Shown here: piece after piece, positions 25,644 to 39,423 of the stretch
How positions within the stretch are numbered: position 1 is the stretch's first letter
Layout of the letters: each line of letters starts with the position of its first letter
Source of the DNA: Lama glama
Lineage: Eukaryota
Length of the DNA: 64,000 nucleotides
Assembly (NCBI GenBank): GCA_028534125.1
Contig: CM052816.1
Span: forward strand, 86,368,001-86,432,000
Direction: 5' to 3'
Position numbers and translations under genes: made by a program
Notes under the pieces: model-generated
Told to the model about the DNA's origin: nothing
Database searches by the model: none
The model's input: the letters and a program-made list of their open reading frames with translations, nothing else

Positions 25644-27169
25644 ATTTAAGGGCACTCTGAATTCACAACTTGTTTCATTTGGAAGAGGCTGGATTTGTCA
25701 TTCTTTTTCATCTTTCATGCAAAGATTTTTTGACTAAAGCGATATGTGTTTTAAAAGGATGAGATGTTAAAGTAAATGGAATCATAATATGAGAGATTTG
25801 TGTTTTTCTAAAATCATCATCTTGCTTAGACCTTCTTGAAAAAAAATGAGCTATATTCATAAGATAGCTGCTAGAGGGAAAAAGAGTGCATGCACTCTGA
25901 GCACCAGTGTGATCTTTGGTGACACCACAGAGTGACTTTAGCTGACATACAAACGGTAAACACTAGACTTGGGCCTTAGTCCAGTGGTCTATTAGATATA
26001 TACATTTGATACTCCTGTTTATCTGGAATCAATGAAAGCATCTGAATGCCTACCAAAACATTCTGGAGAATAAATTTCATTTTGTTCCACATCTAAATTC
26101 TCATAGAATAGGAACAATTGATTGAACGATTTTTTTTATTAATATGAAGAGTATTAGTTATGTTCAGGTTTTCCAGAGTAATTCCAATCTAGTAATAGCT
26201 CTTACTTTGAACTGACTTCATTGATATATATCAATGCTACCATTTTTTTATACCTGTTTATTTTGTACTTTAGTCGCCTTTGTTTTGTCTCTCAGCTTTA
26301 AAAAAATCCCCAAGTGTAGGACCCATATCCAGTGTTCCTCCCTTAAAATGCAAAAGATCTTGAAAACCATAATGCTAAACATAACACAGATTTACTGCTG
26401 AGAAAACAAATTCTTGGTTCTTATTAATAGCCTTGGGAAACACAAAAAGTTATCCTTCCTTTAATGACTTACATAGTGAACATTTAAATATATAAATATT
26501 ACTTGGTCCTTGCAGCAGAAAAATTGGATAGCTAAAGTCTACTTTTTTTTTTTACTAAATCTGGATACATATTAAAAATTACTACAAATATACTCCCCTC
26601 TCTTTTTTGAACCTGCCAAAAAAAAAAAAACTTAGTCCATGTAATGTAATGGAATATATACTCTTTTTTGAAAAAGCATAACAGATGAGATAATTATAGA
26701 TAACACTGCATAAAAACTTAGAATTCTCATGGGTGTAATTTGGAGTAATTAAAAAACAAAGTGTACTAGTACCTTGGCACTATGAAAAGATAAATGAAAA
26801 ACTCTTTAGTCAAATCATAACCTCTAATTGCCCGGAGATTTGGGTAGTGAATATCTGCTATGGTTGATCACAGGAAGGACCACTTTATGCTTCAAGGCAT
26901 AATTTCCAAAAGATTTAGCATACTCAACCTTGATCACTTTGTTGAATTACATAATTAATTTATGACATCATCAGTATAAAGAGAATCATTCATTCTAATG
27001 GGCAGGCTTGAAAGTGAATCCAAATTTTACCTGGAAATCAAATGAAAATTAGAGAGGTCTGTTTATATTATTTGGGGCATTATATTTACCAGGAGAAGCA
27101 CCACCCATGATAAGTATATAAGGTTTCAGGGAAGTCCCTTTGTCTTCATCCATTCTTTATTTCATTCAG

Positions 27170-27650
27170 TTTATTGCTAACAGATCATTCCACAAATATG
27201 CTAAGACTTCTCCGTGCATTGTGGCTGCAACCAAAAAACAATAAATATTGGTTTCCTGTATTCTTGTAGAATGTATTTTAGGGAGAGACGATATAGTTAA
27301 GCAGTAACCAAAAATAACAATTATATCACCCTGTGATGAAATCTACAAAAGTAATGAATGAGGCGAAGTGAATGAAAATGTCTTTGAGGGATAGTTTTAA
27401 GTAAAATAGTCAGAAATTTCTGAAGCGGTGATATTTGAGTTGAGACTTGAGAAATGTGAAATGTGAGCAGAAGAGCTCTCCATGCAGGAGGAACAGCAAA
27501 GATGTAAAGATCCTGATGCAAAAGTGGGCTTGACGTATTGGGTGCGATGAATGGAGGCCAGTGTACCAGAAGAAAGTCAATCAACAGAAATAGAAGAGAT
27601 GAGTGTGAAGAAATAGGCAGGGACAGTTTCATAATGCATTGTGAGTACTT
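27170..27650 (-). mobile_element. L2 LINE fragment
   Basis: GGTGATATTTGAGTTGAGACTTG...GCAGGAGGAACAGCAAAGATGTAAAGATCCTGA, antisense L2. Confidence 0.7.
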
Positions 27651-27659
27651 GTGCAACTT

Positions 27660-27995
27660 GAGAAGATGGAGGGGAGAAGACAATGGGGAATTGTTTTGTG
27701 GGTATAAAGTTACAAGATGAATAGGTTCTAAAGATGTGCTGTACATCATAGAGCTTACAGTTAACAATACCGTGATGTGCATTTAAAAATGTGCTAAGAA
27801 GGCAGAGCTCATGCAAAATGTTCTTACCACACACACACAAAAAGCAAGGAGACACAGGAAATCTTCTGGAGGTGATGGATAGGTTTATTACCTTGTTTGT
27901 GGTGAGGATATCACGGATGTATGCATATGTCCAAACTCATCAAAAATGCATATATTAGTTATGTGTAATTTTCTGTATACAAGTATAACTCAAGT
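27660..27995 (+). mobile_element. L1 3'UTR fragment (L1MB-like)
   Basis: GGGTATAAAGTT...ACAAGATGAATAGGTTCTAAAGAT...TTAACAATACCGT...GGAGGTGATGGATAGGTTTATTACCTTG...CCAAACTCATCAA. Confidence 0.8.
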
Positions 27996-30589
27996 TAATT
28001 AAGAAGACATAGTTAAGAATATATTAATGATTTGGGGAGGTGGTCACATTCACCAGTGACATCAGAAGATGCAAATACCTCCAGGTACTTCTGTAGTTGA
28101 AAATGGCATGATGATTGAAGCCAAAGCCTGCACATCTTCAGCTATTGTTCTAGACAATAGAAAAGCAGAGGGGTACTAGGTAAAAAATGAGCCCTCTTCT
28201 CCTCAATTTTCAAAGGACAAACAGGTGGCAAAATGAACAATAAAAACCAAGGTAAACATGAGTTTTATACTATGCCCCAGTTTAAACAGGTCCCCAGGAT
28301 TCATCCCCAAATATCATATTTTAGTCTAGTAGGCTGAGGGAATTATTGAAGACACCATTAGCCTGCTGGTTGTGCCTGGTTCTCTGTTTACCTTGTTTGG
28401 AAAACAAAATTAAATTCTAGCTTCATCAGATGATGGCCCCATCAATAAGAAGGTTGTGAACGGCAGCGGCAGAGAAAATACGGTGGGATTGATCCCTGAC
28501 CCATTGCATTGGCTTCTGCAACTGTCATGCTGGTTGCTTTCCCAAATAATTTATTTATCAACCCTCTATTATTTAAAATTTAAAACTTTGATATATATAT
28601 ATCCTCAACTATAGTGATAACAGCAAATACAATTTCACGATTCTTACTTTTTCTGTTCTAAATTAATAGTCTCCAAATTCTGTACCATGGGATCAGGAGG
28701 AAGGGCTGCTACCATTGCAAGGATTTGAGCTCTAGAATTAAGTTCACGACAATAACAGATATTTTTGTATCTCTCTATAATTTAGAAAGGGACTACAGAA
28801 CATGTTGTGTTGTGCCAGTTCCCATTATTAAAACATACCTTTCATTTATACTTATTTGCATTTTCCTACTTCATACATTTTTATTGCAACAATAGGGCCT
28901 ATCCTTGTATCTCACCGAGTCTGTCCTATCAATATCAAGTCATTTTTTAACACTTTTGGATTCACCATGTTTGTTTTATAGACACATGGTAACACTGACC
29001 ATACAATAGGACCAGAAAGTTTCTTATCAAAATTTTTATAAGACTATGTTCCTTAGCTGTCTGATCTGACTTTAGTCATACTCGTCTGGAATACATATTT
29101 TTACTCTCAAAACCATCTGTTAGTTTTGGTGTTTAAATATCCCTTTAAACAGATAATTTCTCAGATTTAAAGTTGCTTTTGCCATTTTTCTGTTCTTAAA
29201 TGCTTCGTTCAACATACATCTATTTATTGAATCGTTAAGTCAAGGTGTTTTCAGGGGAGGGAGAGGTTCAGTCAAGACACCCCCCCCCCGCAGGAAAGGC
29301 CCTTCTGCTAGAAGTCTTGCTGCTCAGAAAATGGTAAAAGAACTGCATCCGCCCTATGTATTTTATCTTCATAAGAGACTGGCTCTTTAATGACCAATAA
29401 ATTACGTGCACCCAAATTAGTTTAAAGCTTGAGACAATTGCCAGAATTTCCCATGTAGCAACATTGTCCAACTCCTACTTACTGAGAAGGTCTTCTCTCG
29501 CTGCCCCAAATACTTTCAAGGACATTCTTTCATCTTTATAGTAGATGAAAGCTGTCATTTCCTTTTTTTTCAGTGAAGAGGATGCCTGCAAGGCAAACAA
29601 AAGAGCGAAGAATACAATGAAAACAATGGACAAAATTCGGAAAACTACTATATAGAAAACAAAGAGAATACATAGAAAATAAAGATGATTTAGTCTTTCT
29701 TTTTGCAGGAAAGGCTATAAAAGTGAATCATACTGCTGCAAAAATGAATCTTATCGAACCACCCATTTATTTTTACTTGCTCGTGGATATATTAACAGCA
29801 GAGAGTGTACACATGCAGTTTTTCCTGAGTTTTTTAAAGGTCCTTTCACTAACTACAGCTGTAGTCAAACAAAACTTGAAATAGTGAAGGTTCAGTGTTG
29901 GTACATAAGCCACTCTCCACAGGCTTTCTACTGCGGATTTGCACTTCAGTTATCCATTTTCAGTTTTAAGAAACAGATACTTCCAGTAAGGGTAGACTGA
30001 AAATCATTGCGTTGTGCTCTAGGATTATCCCAGGTGATGGCAATGATTCCCACAATCAGTGATTTGCAGTTTGTCTCAGAAACAGTAGACACGACTTGTA
30101 TCTCTCAGAGGGGTGTGTCCTTATGCTCTGCAAATAGGTGCTTCACAATCCTGATAAAGAAATCCAATCGTCCTTTAAAACAAACTCAAAAATATGATAG
30201 TAATATTCCATCAGAGGCTGTTACCACATACATTTTTAGACAGATTAAAAACCTACCTTACTTTTCCTGAAGTTCAGTTTGTTTCACATCAGTTTCACTG
30301 TATTGATTAAATGGGACAACACCAATAAATTTGAACAGATAAAAAAAAATAACTTTTTAAAGTACCATAAGAAATATGTGTATAAAATTGAAGGGCTATA
30401 TATTTTCAGAAATTGACTTCTGAATTTCTAAGGACCATGGTTTTCACGAGCCTTGTTTTTTTATACCAAAATTACAGAATAAAAAACATTGAAAATGTAT
30501 ACCGTTAACACATTTGTAAGTTATTGTGGTTCATCAGTTGTTATTTTATGTCAATAAGAGAATAAACTTCTTTTAATTCAACTATCATC

Positions 30590-30660
30590 AATTGAAAAAG
30601 ATTTTCAACATTCAAAGATGGTAAAATGTGAAAAAAATGCGTCTTTGAATGAGATAAGGT
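30590..30660 (-). mobile_element. TcMar-Tc2 (MER104/Kanga-like) terminal fragment
   Basis: Minus strand ATTCAAAGACGCATTTTTTTCACATTTTACCATCT resembles the MER104 terminus. Confidence 0.45.
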
Positions 30661-30945
30661 CATAAAAAGTGGGGTTTACACCAAATAATTTTTAAAGCTT
30701 TTGAAAAATTTCCTTTTTAAAATACCTTATTGCAATTGGAACCATAGTAATTATAACATTTATTGTATTTTAAGGAATTATTCTTACTTCCAGTGGGCCA
30801 CTATGACACTTAGTCTCTTTCTTACATGTATTTGCATGATCATTAGCAATTGATCATTGCTTCATTGATAATTGCAACTATCAATTACAATTAATTACAA
30901 ATTGATAAGCAATCTGATTTTGTAAAAAATATATTTGAATATTAT

Positions 30946-31437
30946 TGTATTAGTTACATATTAACATGTATTAAATTATCAAGAAAATTAGTTAGTTAAA
31001 GCAACATATATTTATTATCTTACAGTGGCTGTGGCTCATGAGTCTGGACATGACTTAGCTGGGTCCACTGCTTTAGGATCCTTCAATGGTTGCAATCAAG
31101 GTGTCTTGAGAGGGACTGAATGGTTGTTGGCAGGATTCAGTTCTTTACGGTTATTGGACTGAGTGAGGGTCCCAGTTTTTTGACGGCTCTTGGCCTTTGG
31201 CCAGGGTCAGTCTCCAGCATGGCAGCTCATTCATGCAAGCATGCAAGCAGAGAAGGCAGTAGAGAGTCTCCCAGTAAGATGTAAGTGGCAATCTTTGAAA
31301 TGAACATCACTTCACCTTTCCTGTATTGTATTGGTTAGAAGCAGGTCACTAGGCCAGCCTACATTCAAGAAGAAGAAGAATGGATGTGAATAGTAAGAAG
31401 AAATCATTGTGAACCATTTAGATGTATACCTACCACA
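30946..31437 (-). mobile_element. MaLR LTR, MLT1E/F-like
   Basis: TGTATTAGTTA...TTAGCTGGGTCC...GGTTGCAATCAAGGTGTC...GTTGTTGGCAGGATTCAGTTC...ATTGGTTAGAAGCAGGTCACTAGGCCAGCC...CCTACCACA. Confidence 0.82.
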
Positions 31438-32801
31438 ATTGTTAAAAAGAAATCTGCTCTAAAAAATAGGAGACAAGAATTTAACAATTTTTTAATAATC
31501 CTGTTTATTCTCTCTCATATAACTGTGTTCTTATTGTTTTATGTTATAAACAATCTGTTTTTAGAAGATAGTATAATAAACAAGTAAGAGAGAGAATGAT
31601 TGTTTTAAAATCTGAGTGTAGCCACTTCCCAGCTGTACTGAATTAGATTTGTTACTTAAGTCCTCAACCTTCTTTGATTTATCAAGTAAATCAGATTAAC
31701 ACTTAATATAACCTAGTTGTAGGTATCCTGTAAGGGAAAAATAATATATTACTTTCCAAGAATTTATTGAGTGACTATAGATACAAGGATCCATTCTAGG
31801 TCCTAGGGGTGAAAATCAAAACAGTGAGTAATCTAAGATGAGAAACTATTTAAACTATATAGAAATGTGTCTGGCATATAATAGTCACCCAACCAATGCT
31901 GGCTCTGCAGAGGCCTTTGTGTGCTTTTTTGATTTTCTCTTACTGAATGCTGGTTGTCGATCCTTCAGTGACAGCAAAGGAGCAATTGTTATATTCTTAG
32001 GAGATCAGTTAAAGGGGCAGCATCCCTCTGTGTCCAGCCCTCTCACCTCAGAGCTTGCATTTCTTTACCTCTTTATCATTTCCCATCTTTGCCCCTACCC
32101 TCTAAATGCAAGCTAAGTTCAAGGCACTTAAAATCTTACTGAAGATTTGGACAAAGGAATATAAAACAACGAGGATGAGAATATTGCCAGGAAATATTTA
32201 TTGATGTTAGTGGAAAGATTTCACCAGAAATAAATTAAATCAATATATAATCTCTATATTCAGGGATCATAATTCCATTTTGTAGATCTATTCAACTTTG
32301 CCATTCAGAGGAAATGTAATGTTTTATTCATAAGTGTTTTTGAAATAGAGGCCAAACATTCATATTTATAATATGAAAAAAACACATTAATATTTAAATA
32401 TCTATCTCTAAATTTAATCAAATACAATTAGCATAATGGAAGCAAAAGTACAGATGACCCTAGTCAATACAATTTTTAAATGGACTATAAAATGACTGTT
32501 TATTGAAATTAAGATTAAATAATTCAACTTATATCTAAGAAGCTATTTAATGTGGTACTATTTTTCTATAGCCCAACTCATGCATCTTGAGGATTCTTTG
32601 CCTTTTTTTTCTGATTTATGTAATTAGAAATCTGATTCACAGTACTTTAAGAATGAACTTAGCATTTGTGAAAGTACCTTGCTCAATGGTTGGTGCATAA
32701 CTGGTCATATAAAAGTCAATTCTCCAGAACTGTCTCAAGATAAAATTAGACCCTGCAAACAAAGATCAACTAGCTAAAAATGTCTAGTGTATGTACATTA
32801 A

Positions 32802-34129
32802 TGTAGAATATTTCTGGGTCCCTGGCCCCCTTAAAATATACTGGTAAATTTTACTGCATTCCACTCCCTGTTCCTCTTTCTACACCCCTGCCTTGTACTA
32901 TAATCATAACCAGATGTTATAGTTGAATCCTGGGATTCGTAGGGGAAGAGATGAATAGATATCTGACAGAGGCAGTGAGCAACATGATCAGTAATTCTGA
33001 TGGGTGCCTGACCACAGAGGCAAAGCTAGCTGATGGCAGAATTAGGAGACTGCTGGTGGTGAGCATGGCTCAAGCCAGGCTGGGGAATGTGTTTGCGGGA
33101 GAGATCTCATAGGGAAGAGCAGAAATCAGATCATTGCAAGGAAGCTCACATAGCCTCCTGGTTGTGGCACATGGTCTTTTGGATTCCTGTTTTTCCTGTT
33201 GCAAATTAGCTGGTCAGTCCCTAAAAACCTACACTGTAGTCATTTGAGGGGTAATCATTTTGGTAGATGGTCCCAGAGTTGTGCTGGCCTCTAGCAGTGT
33301 CCTGTGGTAATCTGCTGCTGAAGTAAGTCTGTGGTCCTGTTTTCTCATCCTTTCATCTCTGCCATCCAATTTTTGTTCTGGGTCTATTGGTTCACAACCT
33401 TGGGAGTTTACCAGGTGTGATTTCAAACTGGCCTCCATACACGGAGGGCAAGCAGGGACCAAAGAAAAGCAGATCACTCCAAAGTGGTAGGTAATGGTTT
33501 TCATAAGGAAGGGATCTGACATACGAGGCTTGTCTTGGGCAGCCCACAAGATGAGTAGATCTCCGCTCCTGACCTCCAGAGTCTTAAGAGTTTGTAGAAT
33601 TATAAGTTTTATATGCCTTAAGAGTGTTTCAGTGATATATGCCGTCCAGATGGTCTTAAAAACACATTGCTCTTTCAAGGATATGTCCTTGAAGTAGCTC
33701 CTAGTGCAGGAACAGTGGACATAAGGTACAGTCCAAGGACAGGGTAGAGAGTAAGGAGTCACTGATTGCCTAGGTCCAGCTCCTGGGCCAGCCTGGTCAA
33801 AACCTGTGTCACATTTTCCTGATGACTTCCTCCAGCAGGTTCTGGAGTTGCTTCCTCACAACGTGCTTAATTATGTGGGGCTCTGTGAGGCTAAATGCAC
33901 TCATTGGTCATTTTTAACCTACCACCCAGTCTGCGCTCCCGACTTTTCCTCCCCACCCTCAGCCAAGCCTCAAGGATGTTGGCTAGAGGTATACAAGAAG
34001 AAGAAAGTGCCAGGAGCCAGGGGACTGATGCAGTTTGACCACTGGCCAGTCTGTTTTCTATTTTTGAGAGCCCTTCTTTGGAATCCATAGTGATTTCTCC
34101 TTTTCCTGTGGTATGATAATTCGCCTACA
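32802..34129. mobile_element. Probable long (~1.3 kb) solo ERV LTR
   Basis: Sharply more GC-rich block bounded by inverted termini TGTAG...CTACA. No real protein homology is apparent in its ORFs and the TSD is not clean. Confidence 0.55.
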
Positions 34130-36314
34130 CTTTATCCTTGGTTCCCTCCATACTGAGGTTCTTAGTAAAGCTTTACACACTTAACAATTACTGACTTTCA
34201 AGGCACTTATTCTACAAATGCCTGTGCTTTTGCTTAAGCAAATACAATGTAAAATTTCATGCTAAGTAATCACAATCTTACTCTGTCCAGATCAATACGC
34301 AAAGCCTCTAGCCCAAAAAATCATGTTAAATCAGTCGGGGTGTAGCAATGAGAAACGTGTAATGGGAATTTTTAATGCACACATTTTAGTAACTTTAAAA
34401 ATGCTGCTCATTCAGTTTATAATGTTAATATCTCTGATGAATTTTAAGCTTATTTAGAAGGATATTGTACCTTTAAATCCTGATTATCACAGTATCTGAT
34501 TTATACTAAGTATTAAAAAGGTGTTCATTCAATTGGTTAGTTAAATGAAAGGGTGATAAAAATTTTAATGATTTCTTTTCACTGAGAGATTGGAATAATA
34601 CAATTTGAACTATTATGTCATATTTAGAAATCTTTCGCTAAAATATTCCAAACATAAGGGCACCAAGCCATTAAAGTGCAACATATATGGTATTGACAAA
34701 GTAAGAAAAGTCAAGAGAGATGGCTCAGTTTGCTAACAGAATCCATTACTGTTCCATGTCTTTTCTCATTACCACTGGTTTAAAATGGGATAATTGTTTG
34801 CAATCTATTCTATTTTATAAGAATGTGTTTATATTAGTATTACAAAAATACAAACTATCACCTCACATACAGCTTAATGTCCTTTCTCCTAATAGTAACA
34901 TTTCTTGTCGAAGTATTTTCAATAGCAAACTGGCAATTCAAAACATTATCAGGAAGATAAAAATCTCCATTTGATGTTATCAAGTAAAAAAACAAATGAA
35001 CAAAAATAGAGGACTTGCTTAAAAAATATGAAATTATCTTTGCAACAGCACTGAGTAACTTTTTATCAACAGATAATATTCAATATTTAGGTCAGGCTAT
35101 GAGATAAAATATTTAAAGTATTAAAATGCTTTTATGAAAATCATCACAGAATATTTGCCTTTGCTTCAATATGAGCAAAACTTTCACTTGTATGCTCTTA
35201 GATGAAAAGTCCTTCCCAGCTCTGTGACTGATACATAATTAAACTTCCTTTGAAAAGTCATTTACTTGACTTTTTGGAATACAATTATGAAAGGTAAAAT
35301 TAATGACCATCCCTTGACAATAAAGTGTAAAGTACAACATGTAGAATTTCAACGCATAGCTCTTGCATTTCTCTGGGATTTACAAGGGATTGTTGAAAAG
35401 CTTAGCATGTAAGTCCTAAAAATATTATTCCTTATTTATAATTTACATTAGAAATTTGTGTGTGAGTAAAGTAGGAACAACAGAAGCCTGGTGGTATCTT
35501 TCATAACTTTTGTTCTTATAAATAATGCAACTCTGTTGAGTTCATTTCCTTAGTTGGCTGTCCCTAAAGTGTGCCCTTCCCTATTTTTGTTCTAGTCCAT
35601 CAGATGCTTGCAAATCAAAAATCCCTTTGAGAATAACTCTCCCACCTTTGTGTCCATCTCCAAGGGAGATGTAATCTTACTTCAGTCATCTAATTAGCAG
35701 TAGGAGTCTCTGTGCTGCAGGCGGCAACATCAGCACAAGTGTGATGAGCCAGTGTGCTGACATCAATGAACACTTTATTAAATTACACACTCCTCTAAGC
35801 AGGCACAGGCTTTCAGAGCCCTCATATTTTATGCACTGTTGCACTGACTCCCTGCTTTCTGAAACTGTGAGTATCCGGGCCAAGCTGAAGATATGAAGTC
35901 CTGATGAGATTACAGAGATTTTTTTTTCAAAAGATATTTGGCATACTCTTAGGTATTAGGTTTAGTCTGTGGGTTTTTTTTTTTTTTTTTGACAACTGAT
36001 AACTAGCTGGAGTTTTAAAGAACAACAGGAAACCAGATTTGGCATATAATTTAGGGCATCTTTTTCTTTGGAACACCAATGTGTCAGAGTGAAATAAAGG
36101 ATTCACTGATCTGAAAAAAAATTCAAAATGATAATCTTTTTCTGGATACTGCATACTTAGATGTATACCTAGTATGCAGTAGCTTTTGTTTCCTGAATAG
36201 TTTATAAAAGTATTAAATGCTTTTAATTACTAAAGTATTTAATATTAATAAAGGAAAGTGCAATGGAGATAAATATCCTTTTTAATAAAGGACGTTTATA
36301 ATTACATTTATCTT

Positions 36315-37035
36315 TTTTGTATACAGCCATCTTGACAGGTGTGAGGTGAGATTTCAGTTGTGGTTTTGATTTGCATTTCCCTGATGTTTACTGATGTTGA
36401 GCATCTTTTTAGGTACCTGTTGGCCAGTCTTATTGAGAAATAATTGACATACATCACTGTATAAGTTTAAAGTGTGCACCATGATGGTTTGATTTACATA
36501 TAGTATGAAATGATTACCACAATAGGTAACCCTAATCCATCATCTCATATAGATACAATAAAAAGAACAGAAAAAATATTCTCCTTGGAATACTACTCTC
36601 TTAATAGCTTTCGTATGCATCATACGGCAGTGCTAACGATAGTCATTGTGTTGTGTGTTACAATCCTCTTCAGTTTTGTTTTCTCCCTCTTGTATTGGCT
36701 TTGATCATTTTCCAGTCAGGGTAATGTCATCCTAAAATGTATTGGAAATTATTCTTCTAGTCTTGCACTTCCTGAAATACTTTGTGTAGGACTGGTAAAT
36801 GTCTTAAATATTTGCGCAAATTTGCCAGTGAAACTGTCTGGCTCTTGGAGCATTCTTTAGTGGCGGTTAACTATAGATCCAATCTTTTAAATATTTATGG
36901 AACTATTGATGTTATCTTTTTCTTCTTGACTGAGATTGGTTGTTTAAGTGTTTCGTGGAATTTGTCTGTTTCACTTAGATTTTTAAATTAATGAGCATGG
37001 AACTTTTAGAAATAGCTCTTTAATAATCTTTTTAA
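36315..37035 (-). mobile_element. Cluster of L1 fragments (ORF2 piece, L1MA9-like 3' end, older L1 ORF2 piece)
   Basis: GCCATCTTGACAGGTGTGAGGTG...TTGATTTGCATTTCCCTGATG...GTTGAGCATCTTTT (36315-36428); 3' end (36430-36665); AATTTGCCAGTGAAACTGTCTGG...GGAATTTGTCTGTTTCA (36670-37035). Confidence 0.8.
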
Positions 37036-39157
37036 TATCAGTATCTATATCTATATCGATATCAACATAGATATCGATGTAGATGTAAGTATACACACAT
37101 GTACACCTTGACGCCTTGACTGCTTGGTTTGCATTGGAGTCCAAGTTGAACGGAACAGTCTTTACAACTAATGCTAAGGAGGGCAGACGCTGATAGCTCT
37201 AGCTGTGCAAAGTCCTGTACTTGCTTATCACGCTGTGTCTTCTGCTCCTCTGGATATACCACAGAATTTTTATTTATTCCTCTGTGGTTTTCTTACTCCT
37301 ATTTAAAAAAAATTGAAATTGGCTAGGTTTTAGGGTTTCATTACTGAATGAAATTGCAATAATTCAGGATAAGTTATGAGAATGATTAAAGGGTTAACCT
37401 TAAAAGGGCGAATACACCTATTTACAAAAGAAATCAGGAGAAATGTTGAATGAATGCAGGAGGCTCTCATTTTAGATAATTATTACTTGAGACATGTCAC
37501 TCCTTTATTCTTATTCCAGAGCTGATCTATGAGAGAAAGAAAGTGAGAAAATACATTCTAAATAAACTCTTAACTTCTTTTCTATATCCCACTCCTACAT
37601 CCTCATCTCTATGTATCTGGAATTCCATCTCCCTCAGTGATGGTAAAAGCAGAAAAAAACTTAAGATGCTTTCAAATGGAAATGCATGCTATATAATACT
37701 GCTTTTGATTAATTCAGTCCATCAACACACATACACACCCCATAAAGCAATAAAAGGATGTGTTTCACCAAGATGCAGAATGCCTTCTTAGAAGAATGGT
37801 TAAAAAGTCAGGATATAACACCATGTAATAAGTATCCCCTTGAAGAAAATCAGAAGATATCAGGGATGTGTAGACAGGGGTATAGACAGGAGGTGTATCA
37901 GTTATCCAAGGGAGCTAGGAAATGCTGAGCAGTGCTCTTCCTGAAATAATATTTTGCAATTAACTGAGTGGATGGTATTTTATGGATTGAGTCTTAATGG
38001 TCCATTTCTGAGGTACTACTTTTTTCTTGCATCAATCTTAACCCACTAAATTCTCACTGAAATGAGTCCTTCTGGTTCCCACAGTGATTGTGACTAAACA
38101 TATGTCAGGTCTATAATTGTTTCAAGGGCCAATGCATAACCTCTTTTAATGTCCAAAAGCTTACGAATCTGACTACCTTCAGTAAGTATAGGTTTCTGTT
38201 GTAGTGATTTTTCACACTGGATTTGGGTACCAAATGATTCAGTGAAGCAGATTTATCAACCTTAATACTTTCTAAAGGTTAAAAATAATTACATAATAAT
38301 TTCCCCATTGATTTTGTACCACAAAAAATAGTCATATACACATATAAGAAAACCAAGATTTTCTAAAGTGAGTGGTCATGAAACTTACTATGTTAAAGAT
38401 TGCATGCTGTATTTCATTTAGAATTCCAAGAAGCCGTTGGTAGTGGTAGAGCCAGGATCTGGGTGTGGGTAGTGAGAATATGGGCAGAAACCAGCAAATG
38501 TAACCATACTTTTAAAGGAAACTTTTAAAATCCCATTTTTATTAACTAATTCACAATCTTAACAAATTCCAGTTCTCCTTCCAGAGACATAATTCCTTAA
38601 AAAGGAAAAATTAGCTACAGAATCTTTGTTCTCAAGGGGACGTGAATATCAAATTTATACACAAAATTCAACATGTTAATGGTATGCTTCAAGTCAAAAG
38701 CAATGTATGGAATTTACATGTCTAAATACATTATTAATAACATTTTAAATAAATATTCTTTACCCAGGATCTTACTGTATATGTCCCAATACTTCTGTGG
38801 TCCATAGTTCACACATTTCCTGCAGTGTCAGAAATCCCCCATTCCCCATGGGTCTATCTTATTTGTGCTCAGCACTGGAAACTAGCCAGGATGTCTTCTA
38901 GATAAGAGCATTAAAGTGTAAGTTTTAATCATAATAACATCTATTCATTATTAAATTATGCAGGACATTTCAGAACAGTGCAAGGGGAATCTGGTGACCT
39001 GAGTTTCTTCTTATGACACTAACTGTTTGAGACCGAGCATGCCACGAAACATTACTCTTGACACTGTTTCCATATCTGTCAGCTTAAGTTATAGGAGGAA
39101 AAGACTATTTCTAAAGCTCAGTTTAAAAGTACTTGATGATATGTTTGCTGCTAAGGT

Positions 39158-39423
39158 CAGGGCTGGTTTTTCCATTAGGCAGAGTTCGCTCTGAGCTTAG
39201 GACCCTCATTATTTTTTAGGGAGGATCCCATGAAAATGTTAGTCTTTTTAAATCAGAGGAAAAAGTTGAATTTTTAGGTCAAAAACAATGTTTTAATACA
39301 TAGTATTACTATACGTGTCTTTATATGAATGTAGTTGTGAAATATATTTTCTAGTATTTTATTAACAAGAAAGCTCATGAAGGCAAACTGTCTAGAGCCC
39401 ATAAAAGTCATAACCCAACCCTG
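39158..39423. mobile_element. hAT MITE (Tip100 group, ORSL-like), 266 bp
   Basis: Imperfect TIRs CAGGGCTGGTTT / revcomp CAGGGTTGGGTT. 8-bp TSD GCTAAGGT (39150-39157) / GTTAAGGT (39424-39431), 7/8 identical. Confidence 0.8.

Noticed and set aside
27321..27782. 153-aa ORF
   Set aside because: Spans an L2/L1 junction; chance open frame in repeats.
33229..33762. 177-aa ORF (longest in the track)
   Set aside because: Non-ATG start, no recognisable domain, and located inside a probable LTR.
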